This document shows positions 45,803 through 54,953 of a DNA stretch of 64,000 bases, piece by piece (position 1 is the stretch's first letter; the number at the start of each line of letters is the position of its first letter). Both the position numbers and the translations under genes were made by a program. The stretch comes from Chitinophagales bacterium (lineage in GTDB: Bacteria; Bacteroidota; Bacteroidia; Chitinophagales; JABDMM01): positions 257 to 64,256 of the forward strand of contig JABDMM010000128.1 in the NCBI GenBank assembly GCA_013001465.1, read 5' to 3'. The notes beneath the pieces are model-generated. The model made no database searches. It worked only from the letters and a program-made list of their open reading frames with translations, and had not been told where the DNA came from.

Positions 45803-46379
45803 ATTGCTTTATAAACCTTCCTCTAAGATCTATCCCATTAAACAGGCGGTAGAAATATACTCCTTTTGGTAAGCTACTAATGTTGGAAGAATATTTGTTA
45901 CCAATTGTTGATCCCGTTTTGATCATTTGGCCATTTCCATTATAAATTTCGATATGCATCGGTTTTGAGAATGGATTCTCAAAATAGATCGACAAATTAT
46001 CACTTACAGGATTCGGTACGACCACCGTTGAGTTATCGAGTATAAATATGCATTGAGCTTCTGAAGTTTCAATTTGACCGAAGCGAATGCGGTAATAATT
46101 TTTGGAATTTTCTTTTGGATCTGTGTGTGTAAATTGATAAGGTACATCGAAATTTGCCGATCCACAGGTTCCAAAAACTTCATGAATACGTGAATAGTTT
46201 ATGCTGTCGGGACTATGTTCCACAATCATTCCATCACAAGTACTACCTTCAATAATTACCCACCGAATCACCACACCACTATCACCTTCGGTTGGAAGAA
46301 AATATTCATACTCGAATCCCTGGGCAAAAGAAACAACGGAGCTGATAGTTAGAAAAAAGCAGTAAATGAATGCTTTCAT
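45801..46379 (-). CDS. Small secreted protein with T9SS C-terminal sorting domain
   Basis: Signal peptide 'FFLTISSVVSFAQ'. C-terminus 'VVPNPVSDNLSIYFEN...GVYFYRLFNG'. Confidence 0.65.
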   Translation of the reverse strand: MKAFIYCFFLTISSVVSFAQGFEYEYFLPTEGDSGVVIRWVIIEGSTCDGMIVEHSPDSINYSRIHEVFGTCGSANFDVPYQFTHTDPKENSKNYYRIRFGQIETSEAQCIFILDNSTVVVPNPVSDNLSIYFENPFSKPMHIEIYNGNGQMIKTGSTIGNKYSSNISSLPKGVYFYRLFNGIDLRGRFIKQ

Positions 46380-46440
46380 TGTACAATTCTAACTGAAAAT
46401 ATTATCAATTAGTATTTGGGAACGTCATAAGCATTTCAAT

Positions 46441-46478
46441 AATAATCCCGGGTCATCTTTCAAAGATCCGGGATTATT
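46441..46478 (-). terminator. Hairpin downstream of metalloprotease gene 46493-48298 (possible terminator)
   Basis: Stem aataatcccgg (46441-46451) pairs with ccgggattatt (46468-46478). The trailing U-run on the - strand is weak. Confidence 0.4.
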
Positions 46479-46492
46479 ATTGTTAATTTCTA

Positions 46493-48298
46493 TTACCTGA
46501 TGATGGTTAGTTTTTGGTTGATAGTTGCATCATCAATGGTCAGAGCGACCATATAGTTTCCGGCAGATAACCTACCTCCATTGATCTGTAGAGTATGCAT
46601 ACCAGAGTTGTGAAATGCTTCAGAAACTGTTCTGTCGATCAGCTTACCCTCAACATCATAAACACTCAGGCTAACGTACCCATCCAGGTTGAGATAGAAC
46701 TCAATATTGACCATATCTGACGCTGGATTCGGAAATAGGTTAACTCGTGTATCTTCAAGATTAATCATAGTTTCTGTTTTATTCTGAACAATAACTTCGT
46801 CGGCTTGCGGACTTATTACCGGCCCACAGTTTTCTCTGTATGCCCGAAAGTCACTACCCGAGTGTGCCCAGAATCCTTCGCCAAGCGTAACTCCCGTTGT
46901 TGCCCGAAAAGATCCTTGCGATCCGCTATGGAACTCAAATTGATTGCTTCCTGCGCCAGTATAACCAACTTCATCATTAGCTGCAAAATGAACAGCTTCC
47001 TTATTGAACCAGTCATAATTGCTTCCATAAGTAACAACGTTGCCAACCACTCTGTGATCTACAACTGTAGCATCATTTGTATTCAATATGTCAGTATTTC
47101 TATTATTAGCAGATCCTTTTGCGTAGTTAATACTGTTGCAATTCCATGTGCCGCTATTGTCTGAAAACACATTATCTCTGCCACAGGTACCAACCCCACA
47201 TGCTTGCTGATATGCCATAATAGTCCGGAAGCAGCCTGTTGAAGGTTCACCCCAGCCAGCAAATGGAGCTGTGCCCGGCTCGATCGTATTGATTAGATCA
47301 TGTGTACAGGTGAAATTATGAGCGAGCTCATGTTGAAACGTTAATGAGTTAAAATTACCAGAGCCTGTTGTACTTAGCGCTTTAGTTGGGTCGAGCGAAA
47401 TGATCGTCGCTCCTGCACCACCTGCAAATAAAAGCGACACCTGATCTGCTGACCAAAGATTTCTCCATGTATGTGCGATATCCATAAATCCATCCGCGGG
47501 ATCTATTAATCGATTCCTGTGAACGAATGCACTGAATGTATCTTCGAAATAAGTGATTTCTTTCACTGCTGCGATCTCCCATTGAAAATTGACATTACTA
47601 TTGTTAGCACCTGTATTTGCTAATGCCATTTGATTTATCGCTTCGCTCAGGATGTCAGCATAGATTGCATCAATTGCAGACGTGTAGACAATAAGTACTC
47701 GGATATTGCATTCACCGGTTCCTCTTCTATTGATGTTTTGTGCTGTCATTATTTGCCTTTCATCCATATTAGAATATGAATTAGGATCAATATCTTTTCT
47801 TACAGGAAAATCATCCAGCCTATCATTGTGGTCATCAGTCTCACACTGCTTCACGTTTTCTATATTCACTTCACCTAATGTGTGTATTCCACCTGTAAGT
47901 GGACGTAAATTGAAGATAAGTCCATCGATTTTTATATGTCCTACGACATTGTCATCGTTGATCACAAAATGCGCATGATCGTTTGTTCCGGGTATTTTAC
48001 CTATCCAAAGTTTCCTGTTAAGGTTAGCATTGTTCTGTATGTCTTCTTTGATAAACTCAAAAAAGTGATTGTATAATCTAATGCTAATACGGTTGTGATC
48101 AAACTGTTCAACATTAACGGAGACGAGATCATATTCATAGTACTGATTATTGTTTTGATCTGCGTCGAAGTAATGTTGTTGTTTCTCGCTTAACTCAATA
48201 TTGTCGAGGTAATTGAGAAGATCTCCGGTTTGTTCAGCGAAGGCATTTGTGCATACCAACATTATTATGACGGTAATGCAATGTTTAAGATTTTTCAT
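46493..48298 (-). CDS. Secreted reprolysin/metzincin-like Zn-metalloprotease with T9SS C-terminal sorting domain (module 2, 'B2')
   Basis: Signal peptide. Zinc motif 'FQHELAHNFTCTHD' (nt 47297-47335). C-terminus 'LFPNPASDMVNIEFYL...GNYMVALTIDD'. It aligns with 37152-38942 along its full length. Confidence 0.75.
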   Translation of the reverse strand: MKNLKHCITVIIMLVCTNAFAEQTGDLLNYLDNIELSEKQQHYFDADQNNNQYYEYDLVSVNVEQFDHNRISIRLYNHFFEFIKEDIQNNANLNRKLWIGKIPGTNDHAHFVINDDNVVGHIKIDGLIFNLRPLTGGIHTLGEVNIENVKQCETDDHNDRLDDFPVRKDIDPNSYSNMDERQIMTAQNINRRGTGECNIRVLIVYTSAIDAIYADILSEAINQMALANTGANNSNVNFQWEIAAVKEITYFEDTFSAFVHRNRLIDPADGFMDIAHTWRNLWSADQVSLLFAGGAGATIISLDPTKALSTTGSGNFNSLTFQHELAHNFTCTHDLINTIEPGTAPFAGWGEPSTGCFRTIMAYQQACGVGTCGRDNVFSDNSGTWNCNSINYAKGSANNRNTDILNTNDATVVDHRVVGNVVTYGSNYDWFNKEAVHFAANDEVGYTGAGSNQFEFHSGSQGSFRATTGVTLGEGFWAHSGSDFRAYRENCGPVISPQADEVIVQNKTETMINLEDTRVNLFPNPASDMVNIEFYLNLDGYVSLSVYDVEGKLIDRTVSEAFHNSGMHTLQINGGRLSAGNYMVALTIDDATINQKLTIIR

Positions 48299-48308
48299 AT
48301 GCTCATCC

Positions 48309-49730
48309 TTACTTTGAAGACTCTAATTCTTGAATACGGACTTGCATTGCATCATTGTCTTTTTTAAGTTGGATAAGATGCAATGTAAGTTCTTCGATTT
48401 TTTCGAGTAACCTGGCGTCCATTTTTGCCAGTTCGTAACCCTGGGACTCTATTTCGGCAGCAGCAGGGACGCCAGGTAAGTGATTTTTTTCCATAATAAA
48501 TTGTTCGATCTCAGTAATTGTCGGCAGATCGTAATCAGCAGCGAAGACGTAATCCGGCCAGCTTCCTGAACTTAGAACGCGCACTTCCTCGCATATTAGT
48601 TTTCCATCGATCGCGGCTTTATAACCAGTAGCACCAGCAATAGTCCCTACGTGAAGATTACCAGAAACATATAATCCATTGGCCGGACCTTGGGAAAGTG
48701 AACCAACGGAAACGCTACCATTTTCGTGAACTCTAAGTTTTGTAGCCCCGTTTACCTGCACTCGCAATGCGTTTTGTGCTGCATCGGAATTGATATGAAC
48801 TTTATCAGTAGGTGTTGAAGTTCCAAAACCGGTATTACCGGTAAAATCTGCATCACCATTTACGGTCAAAGGATTTGAAGGCGAAGCAGAGTGTATCCCA
48901 ACATTTCCTGTCGTTCCAATATAAAATCGAGTTGTTCCATCTGTTCTGGCTCGCATTACTTCTTCCCCAGGAGAAGCATTTACGGTGAGTTTAGCCATGG
49001 TTCCTCCAACATCACCAATAGCAGCTTTACCGGTTGCTACATGGAAGTTTTCCCCCGGAGTTGTAGTTCCAATTCCAACCGGACCATCAAAGCTGGCATC
49101 TCCATCAACTGTGAGGAGATTGGGTACGGTTGCAGTTCCAATACCAACTTCACCTTGTGCATTAATGATAAACTGTGTTACCCCATTGATTCGGCCCCGG
49201 AAAATTTCTTCGTTTAGGGAAGCATTTACCGTGAGTCGGGATAGAACACCGCCAGAAGCGCCTATAAGAGCTTTACCAGTTGCGACATGAAGCTTTGCTG
49301 CTGGTGTTGCAGTTCCTATACCTACATTTCCTCCAGTTAACAAATCACCGGTGTTTGCACCTATACTGAAAATACTGGATGCATTTGCAGTTCTGAATTC
49401 GTAGACAGAATTGGTTGCATTGAAAAACAAACCATAATTCTTTGCAGCACTGTAACGGAAAGCATATCGGTCGCTATCTATTAACAGGTCACTGCTGGTG
49501 TTAAATTTAATGTCTGTCTTAAAATTACCATTGTTGGCATCGATCTGGAATATACCAGTTGCCGATCCATTCCTGAGATCAAATGATGCATCTGTCTCAT
49601 TAAAATACATTCCAAAGTTGTTATTCACAGAATAGCGGAATGCATAAGTGTTACCGGGAATGGTGATCGTTTGTGCAGAGACTATTAGTCCGGCACTTAA
49701 CGCGATTAAAAAGAAGAGTAAATTTTTCAT
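48309..49730 (-). CDS. Secreted fibre-like repeat protein with the 'WPDYVF...HLPGVP...EELTLH' C-terminal module (module 2, 'A2')
   Basis: Signal peptide. Two N-terminal 'YAFRYS..N(F/Y)G(M/L)(Y/F)FN' repeats. 'GNVGIGTATPAAKLHV'-type fibre repeats. The C-terminal module is shared with 38986-40545. Confidence 0.65.
   Translation of the reverse strand: MKNLLFFLIALSAGLIVSAQTITIPGNTYAFRYSVNNNFGMYFNETDASFDLRNGSATGIFQIDANNGNFKTDIKFNTSSDLLIDSDRYAFRYSAAKNYGLFFNATNSVYEFRTANASSIFSIGANTGDLLTGGNVGIGTATPAAKLHVATGKALIGASGGVLSRLTVNASLNEEIFRGRINGVTQFIINAQGEVGIGTATVPNLLTVDGDASFDGPVGIGTTTPGENFHVATGKAAIGDVGGTMAKLTVNASPGEEVMRARTDGTTRFYIGTTGNVGIHSASPSNPLTVNGDADFTGNTGFGTSTPTDKVHINSDAAQNALRVQVNGATKLRVHENGSVSVGSLSQGPANGLYVSGNLHVGTIAGATGYKAAIDGKLICEEVRVLSSGSWPDYVFAADYDLPTITEIEQFIMEKNHLPGVPAAAEIESQGYELAKMDARLLEKIEELTLHLIQLKKDNDAMQVRIQELESSK
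48843..49334 (-). repeat. About 80-aa tandem coding duplication inside A2
   Basis: aa 133-211 'GNVGIGTATPAAKLHVATGKALIG...LTVNASLNEE...GEVGIGTATVPNLLTVDGDASF' aligns with aa 216-296 'GPVGIGTTTPGENFHVATGKAAIG...LTVNASPGEE...GNVGIHSASPSNPLTVNGDADF'. Confidence 0.75.
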
Positions 49731-49751
49731 GATGATATTTTTTTGTTAAAT

Positions 49752-49759
49752 CAAATGTA
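49752..49759 (-). promoter_or_regulatory. Candidate -7 promoter element (TACATTTG on the - strand) upstream of A2
   Basis: Matches TAnnTTTG, 22 nt upstream of the ATG at 49730. A TTTG lies 24 nt further upstream (49784-49787). Confidence 0.35.
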
Positions 49760-49877
49760 TGCAGCTTATCAGCTGATTTTAAGCAAAAAAAACACAAAAA
49801 TAAGGTCTTGAAAGAGTAATAAAACATTATAAAAGGTTGTAAATTAGAATAATAGTTTATAATAAATATTGAGTTGA

Positions 49878-51401
49878 ATGAACAGATTGAATCAGCTTGT
49901 CGACTCTTTAAGTCGGACAGAAAAGGGATATTTTCGGAAATATTGTAAGGTTTACAGCAATGGCAAACTTCATAAATATCTGAAAGTCTTTGATGCGATT
50001 GATAAAGCTCCACCTGATAGTGGAGATGATTACATCAAAAAGAAATTCGAGAAAGAGACCTTTAGCAATAATTATCCTGTTACAAAGAAGTACTTATTCG
50101 AGCAAATTCTTAAGAGCCTTGAACTCTACAATTCAGGAAAAAGTATTCACAAAAAAATTGAATGGCTGATAAACAAGGCAGAATTGTTGTATTCCAAAAG
50201 TCTCATAAACGAGTGCCTACAGTCTTTAAAAAGGGCGAGAAAACTTGCTTATCAGACTGATGAATTTCCTTACATACTGCAGATCATTTCCTTTGAAAAA
50301 AAAATTGGTGGTGCGCATCGTTACAAAGGGATTTATAAACGATTTAAAACCCTTCTGGATGAAGAAATGGATGTCCTCGACAAGATGAAGAATTATAGTG
50401 AGATCCAATTGATCTATTACAAAGTGTTTGAAACGATAAAAAAAGACAGGTCACTTCGGACGAAAAGAGATTTGAAGCTCCTCAATAAAATGGTGCAGAC
50501 TCCAATTTTATCCGATATCTCCAGCGCAAAAACGGTAAGAGCAAAAATTACATTTTGCTCGACCTGGACATTTTATTATGATCTTGCGGGTGAATACGAC
50601 GAAGCTTATGAGTATGCTAAAAAGCTTGTCGGGATTTGGGAAGATAATCCTGTTCACATCAATGAATATCCTGACCGTTATTTGGCAGCGAACCAGAATT
50701 TTCTAAATCGATGTTATCGCCTGAAAAGATATGAAGAGTTTCCTGCAGTTTTGGATAAGTTAAAGCTTATTAAACCAACCAGCAAGGAAATGGAGGTTAC
50801 ATACTTTGAGATGATGTCCCACTTCGAGATGCTTTATGTCAATCAAACGCGAAATGAGAGAAGGGCCAGAGCCCTTTTTAAAGAGATAGAGCAAGGATTG
50901 GAAAACTATAAAACACGGATCAAGACTAATTATCGTAATCTATTTTGCTATAATATTTGCGTTGAATTGATGTCTTTGGGCGAATATGATGAGGCTTTAA
51001 GTTGGGCTAACAAAATTATACAAAAGCAAAAATTAGATATCCAACAGGATCTCATGTGGTTTTTAAGGCTTTTGTATTTGCTGATCCACCTGGAACTTGG
51101 AAATAAAACGATCATTGAATATGAACTCAGATCGATCAATCGCTACCTGGAGTCTGAAAAGAGGGGGCATAAGTTTGAGAGTATTTTTCTCGAGTTTATA
51201 AAAGAAGCTACTGAACAGCTTCATATTGGTCATCCCAGGAAGTTGTACAGGAAGTATGCCGAAAAAATTCAGCTTTTAAAGGCTGACAAATTCGAGAAGA
51301 ATGTTTTTGATTACTTTTCATTCGACTCGTTTTTACTCGCGAAAGCACATGGGTTGTCATTAAGGGAATACGAGGAGAAATATGAAGATCATGCGTCGTA
51401 G
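49878..51401 (+). CDS. Hypothetical all-helical (TPR-like) protein, divergently transcribed from module 2
   Basis: 507 aa rich in K/E/L/Y with no TM helix or signal peptide. The amphipathic helical-repeat character is e.g. 'GEYDEAYEYAKKLV' and 'GEYDEALSWANKII'. Confidence 0.5.
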   Translation: MNRLNQLVDSLSRTEKGYFRKYCKVYSNGKLHKYLKVFDAIDKAPPDSGDDYIKKKFEKETFSNNYPVTKKYLFEQILKSLELYNSGKSIHKKIEWLINKAELLYSKSLINECLQSLKRARKLAYQTDEFPYILQIISFEKKIGGAHRYKGIYKRFKTLLDEEMDVLDKMKNYSEIQLIYYKVFETIKKDRSLRTKRDLKLLNKMVQTPILSDISSAKTVRAKITFCSTWTFYYDLAGEYDEAYEYAKKLVGIWEDNPVHINEYPDRYLAANQNFLNRCYRLKRYEEFPAVLDKLKLIKPTSKEMEVTYFEMMSHFEMLYVNQTRNERRARALFKEIEQGLENYKTRIKTNYRNLFCYNICVELMSLGEYDEALSWANKIIQKQKLDIQQDLMWFLRLLYLLIHLELGNKTIIEYELRSINRYLESEKRGHKFESIFLEFIKEATEQLHIGHPRKLYRKYAEKIQLLKADKFEKNVFDYFSFDSFLLAKAHGLSLREYEEKYEDHAS

Positions 51402-52486
51402 TCAAGTATGATACCGTGTGTAGTAGGATGGCTTTGACAAGTCAATACAAACCCCTCATCAATTTCCTCATCTGTTAAAGCTTCCCGATCCTCCATATCA
51501 ACTTGCCCCGAAAGCAGCTTTGCTCTGCAAGTACAGCAAGCTGCAACCATGCATGAATACGGCGGATCCAAACCGGCATCAAGAGCGGCTTCAAGTATGG
51601 TTTGTTTTGGAGTCATCTCGACATCAAACTCACCACCGTCAAACATCAATTTTACTTTTGTCTTGCTATCAGACTCTAATTTTCCCGCAGCTCCATTTGA
51701 AGATGAACCTACGGTTTCTGAAACAGCTTCAGATGGATCTTTTGCTGTGAAATATTCGATGTGTAGTTTTTCGTCGGGTATCATCAACGCTTCAACCGCT
51801 GATTTCACTTCGCTCATCATAGGAGCTGGTCCGCAGATAAAGACTTCAGCATTGTAAAAATTCAAATCGGTTTTTTCCCTTAAAAGCTGAAGCACTTTCT
51901 CTTTATTCATTATTCCAGTATAGCCTTCCCAACTAGCTGGGGGATTGTCCAGAATATGAACGATCGAAAATCTTCCATTGCTTTTGGATGCAAGCGATTC
52001 CAGACTTTCTTTGAAGATAATACTTTCGATGTCCCGGTTTCCATAAAACAATGTGACCTTGCTGAGTGGTTCTTTAACTAAGACAGACTTAATGATCGAT
52101 TTCATTGGTGTGATTCCGCTCCCTCCGCCAAAAAGTATGTAATGCTTAGTATTAGAAGGGTCCAGTGGTGTATGGAAATTACCCATAGGTGTCATCACCT
52201 CAACAACATCACCCGATTTCAAATTATCGTTTAGATAGTTAGAAACTTTACCTCCGGCAACTCTTTTTACAGCTACTTTTAAAGGCTCATCAACAAAAGG
52301 CGAGCTGCAAACCGAGTAGGATCTGCGGAATTCGCTACCATTAACGTTTACTTTGATCGTCAGATATTGTCCTTGAATGTAGTGTAGTTCTTCACGTAGT
52401 GTTTCGGGTACTTCAAACGCAATGGAAATTGCATCTTTTGTTTCATGAATTACTTCGATTACTTTCAACTTGTGAAATGTGGCCAT
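51389..52486 (-). CDS. Ferredoxin-NAD(P)+ reductase with C-terminal plant-type 2Fe-2S domain (PaaE/PaaK-like architecture)
   Basis: FAD motif 'RSYSVCS', NAD motif 'LFGGGSGITP', and the 2Fe-2S cysteines 'CMVAACCTCRAKLLSG...LTCQS'. Confidence 0.75.
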   Translation of the reverse strand: MATFHKLKVIEVIHETKDAISIAFEVPETLREELHYIQGQYLTIKVNVNGSEFRRSYSVCSSPFVDEPLKVAVKRVAGGKVSNYLNDNLKSGDVVEVMTPMGNFHTPLDPSNTKHYILFGGGSGITPMKSIIKSVLVKEPLSKVTLFYGNRDIESIIFKESLESLASKSNGRFSIVHILDNPPASWEGYTGIMNKEKVLQLLREKTDLNFYNAEVFICGPAPMMSEVKSAVEALMIPDEKLHIEYFTAKDPSEAVSETVGSSSNGAAGKLESDSKTKVKLMFDGGEFDVEMTPKQTILEAALDAGLDPPYSCMVAACCTCRAKLLSGQVDMEDREALTDEEIDEGFVLTCQSHPTTHGIILDYDA

Positions 52487-52526
52487 AGTTGGTTTTTCTT
52501 TCGCTCTTAACTAAGAGATGGCAATT

Positions 52527-52940
52527 TTAACAAAAATGATCGAATACTTGTTTAAGATGTGCAGCGATCATATCCGCAGTATTCCCTTCGATTTGATGCC
52601 TCTCGATGAAGTGAACGAGTTCACCATCTTTAAAGAGTGCCATCGAAGGAGATGAAGCAGGGTAGGGCATCGTATATTCTCTTGCTTTGTTAGTCGCTTC
52701 TTTGTCAACACCTGCAAACACAGTTACATTGTTGTCAGGCTTTTTGTCGTTTTGCAAAGCATTTATAATTGCTGGTCGTGCATTTCCGGCTGCGCATCCA
52801 CAAACGGAATTGATAACCAGGAAACGAGTTCCAGACTTTTCTGCAAAAGCATTTTCAACTTCCTCAACTGTTCTTAGCTCTTCAAAGCCAACATCAGTTA
52901 ACTCTGCTTTCATTGGTGCAACTAATTCTTCTGGGTACAT
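52527..52940 (-). CDS. Bacilliredoxin (BrxA/BrxB, DUF1094 family)
   Basis: 'VINSVCGCAAGNARP' carries the CGC active site typical of bacilliredoxins. 137 aa. Confidence 0.7.
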   Translation of the reverse strand: MYPEELVAPMKAELTDVGFEELRTVEEVENAFAEKSGTRFLVINSVCGCAAGNARPAIINALQNDKKPDNNVTVFAGVDKEATNKAREYTMPYPASSPSMALFKDGELVHFIERHQIEGNTADMIAAHLKQVFDHFC

Positions 52941-52958
52941 AATTAATGTTTTTTGTTT

Positions 52959-53294
52959 TTATAAAAATCCTAATTCCAACATGGCTTCTTCGCTCATCAT
53001 ATCCTGTGACCATGGTGGATCAAATACTAATTCGAGTGTAACTTCACCAATTCCTTGTATTCCTTTCAGTTTATCTTCCACTTCCTGTGGTAATGTCCCT
53101 GCAACCGGACAAGCTGGTGACGTCAAGGTCATAATAACCTCTAAATTTCTTTCTTCATCTACATTGAGCTCGTAGATCAGTCCCAACTCAAATATATCGA
53201 CCGGTATTTCCGGATCGTAGATCGTCTTGATCACTTCGATCGCCGTATTCCTGATATGTTCAGTGGGGATCTTCATTTCAGGAATTAACTTCAT
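52959..53294 (-). CDS. sufT: DUF59 Fe-S assembly protein (SufT-like)
   Basis: 'IYDPEIPVDIFELGLIY' and 'MTLTSPACPVAG'. Confidence 0.75.
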   Translation of the reverse strand: MKLIPEMKIPTEHIRNTAIEVIKTIYDPEIPVDIFELGLIYELNVDEERNLEVIMTLTSPACPVAGTLPQEVEDKLKGIQGIGEVTLELVFDPPWSQDMMSEEAMLELGFL

Positions 53295-53703
53295 TTTTCT
53301 GTTTGATCGCCTTTGCGAATAACTTCATTTCCCTGATCATTGAGTTGAGTCCATTTGATCTTTGGGAACTCAAATGTGAGCGCAAGCCTATTGTCTCTAT
53401 AAATTGCATGTCCTCAGCAAGGATCTCATCGGGTATCCGGTTGCTTAAAACTCTTACCAACATTGCTACAATTCCTTTGGTGATCGCTGTGTTACTATCT
53501 GCTTCATAGACCACCTTCCCGTCACTTTCATAGGCGTGTAACCATACTTTAGACTGACACCCTTTTACGACGTAATCTTCTGTTTTATAACGATCTTCCA
53601 ATACAGGAAGACTCTTACCCATATCTACAATATGAGAATATTTGTCCATCTGATCTTCAAACAGCTCAAATTCTTCTATAATATCCTGTATCACTCCATT
53701 CAT
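53278..53703 (-). CDS. sufE: Sulfur acceptor SufE
   Basis: 'VKGCQSKVWL' has the conserved Cys context of SufE/CsdE. It overlaps sufS by 4 nt. Confidence 0.8.
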   Translation of the reverse strand: MNGVIQDIIEEFELFEDQMDKYSHIVDMGKSLPVLEDRYKTEDYVVKGCQSKVWLHAYESDGKVVYEADSNTAITKGIVAMLVRVLSNRIPDEILAEDMQFIETIGLRSHLSSQRSNGLNSMIREMKLFAKAIKQKNEVNS

Positions 53704-54944
53704 CCTCTCAGTATATTTATGGCTTGCTGGAGACTACTTTTTAACATGTCCACTTCATGCATCGTGTTATAAAAAGCAAAAGAAGCCCTGCAAGTTCCTT
53801 CGATTTGAAATCTATTCATCAAGGGCTGACAGCAATGATGTCCGGTTCTCACTGCAATTCCTTGTTTATCGAGTAGCACACCGATATCATATGCATGAAT
53901 GTCTTTGACAATAAAAGAGATCACCGGAACTTTTGAAGTTGCATTTCCAATAATTTTCAGACCTTCTATCTCCATCAATTCTTTAGTTGCATAAAGCAAC
54001 AGATCATGTTCATATTTCATGATCTCTTTATGTCCAAGTTCAGTAATGAACTTTATGGCGGCTTCTAATCCAACTGCTCCTGCAATGTTTGGTGTTCCGG
54101 CTTCAAACTTATATGGCAGATCATTGTAAGTAGTTTTCTCAAGAGTTACTTCCTTTATCATTTCTCCTCCTCCCTGATATGGAGGAAGTTTTTCAAGGAT
54201 ACTTGCCTTGCCATATAAAATGCCTATTCCTGTTGGGCCAAACATTTTGTGTGATGAAAAGGCATAGAAATCACAATCGAGTTCCCTCACATCGATCGGG
54301 ATATGTGGTGATGCTTGAGCGCCATCGATAAACACATAAGCATTCTTTCGATGAGCAAGTTCTATAATTCTTTCAATTGGATGAATGATGCCCAATGCAT
54401 TTGAAATGTGCTGAACAGCAACCAATTTGGTTTTATCTGAGAGCAATTGTTCAAACGCTGAAAGATCCATCTCTCCATTTTCGGATACAGGGATCACCTT
54501 CAGAACAGCATCACATCGCTCGCAAAGCATCTGCCATGGAACAATATTCGAGTGGTGTTCTATATTGGAGATAATGATCTCGTCACCAGGCTTAACAAAC
54601 GCAGCTCCAAAGGAGTAAGCCACAAGGTTGATACCTTCAGTCGTGCCTCGTACGAAATTTATCTCCCGTGCATCTTCAGCATTAATAAACTCTTTTATTG
54701 TGACTCTGGCATTTTCATAAGCAACAGTCGCTTTATCGCTTAGGAAATGAGCCGCCCTGTGCACGTTACTGTTGTATTCCTTGTAGTAATTGGAAACAGC
54801 ATTGATAACCACCTTTGGTTTCTGAGATGTAGCAGCATTATCGAGATAAACAAGCGGGTAGGAGTTTGCTTCTGTTTTCAGAATTGGAAATTCCTTTCTG
54901 ATCTGTTCAACATTAAGAGTATTTGCCATAATGCTGCTGTTCAT
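53700..54944 (-). CDS. sufS: Cysteine desulfurase SufS (class II)
   Basis: 'YLDNAATSQKP', PLP-Lys context 'FSSHKMFGPTGIG', and active-site 'RTGHHCCQP'. Confidence 0.9.
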   Translation of the reverse strand: MNSSIMANTLNVEQIRKEFPILKTEANSYPLVYLDNAATSQKPKVVINAVSNYYKEYNSNVHRAAHFLSDKATVAYENARVTIKEFINAEDAREINFVRGTTEGINLVAYSFGAAFVKPGDEIIISNIEHHSNIVPWQMLCERCDAVLKVIPVSENGEMDLSAFEQLLSDKTKLVAVQHISNALGIIHPIERIIELAHRKNAYVFIDGAQASPHIPIDVRELDCDFYAFSSHKMFGPTGIGILYGKASILEKLPPYQGGGEMIKEVTLEKTTYNDLPYKFEAGTPNIAGAVGLEAAIKFITELGHKEIMKYEHDLLLYATKELMEIEGLKIIGNATSKVPVISFIVKDIHAYDIGVLLDKQGIAVRTGHHCCQPLMNRFQIEGTCRASFAFYNTMHEVDMLKSSLQQAINILRG

Positions 54945-54953
54945 GCTTGATAA

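Noticed and set aside
37152-49730. Whether the duplicated fibre/protease modules are the ends of a mobile element or a recent segmental duplication
   Set aside because: The copies are direct rather than inverted and are diverged at the nucleotide level. There are no flanking terminal repeats and no transposase or integrase. The genes between them look like ordinary housekeeping genes.
52687-53175. 162-aa ORF on the + strand
   Set aside because: It is antisense to the bacilliredoxin and sufT genes, both of which have clear family motifs. The composition is Ser-rich, as in a shadow frame.
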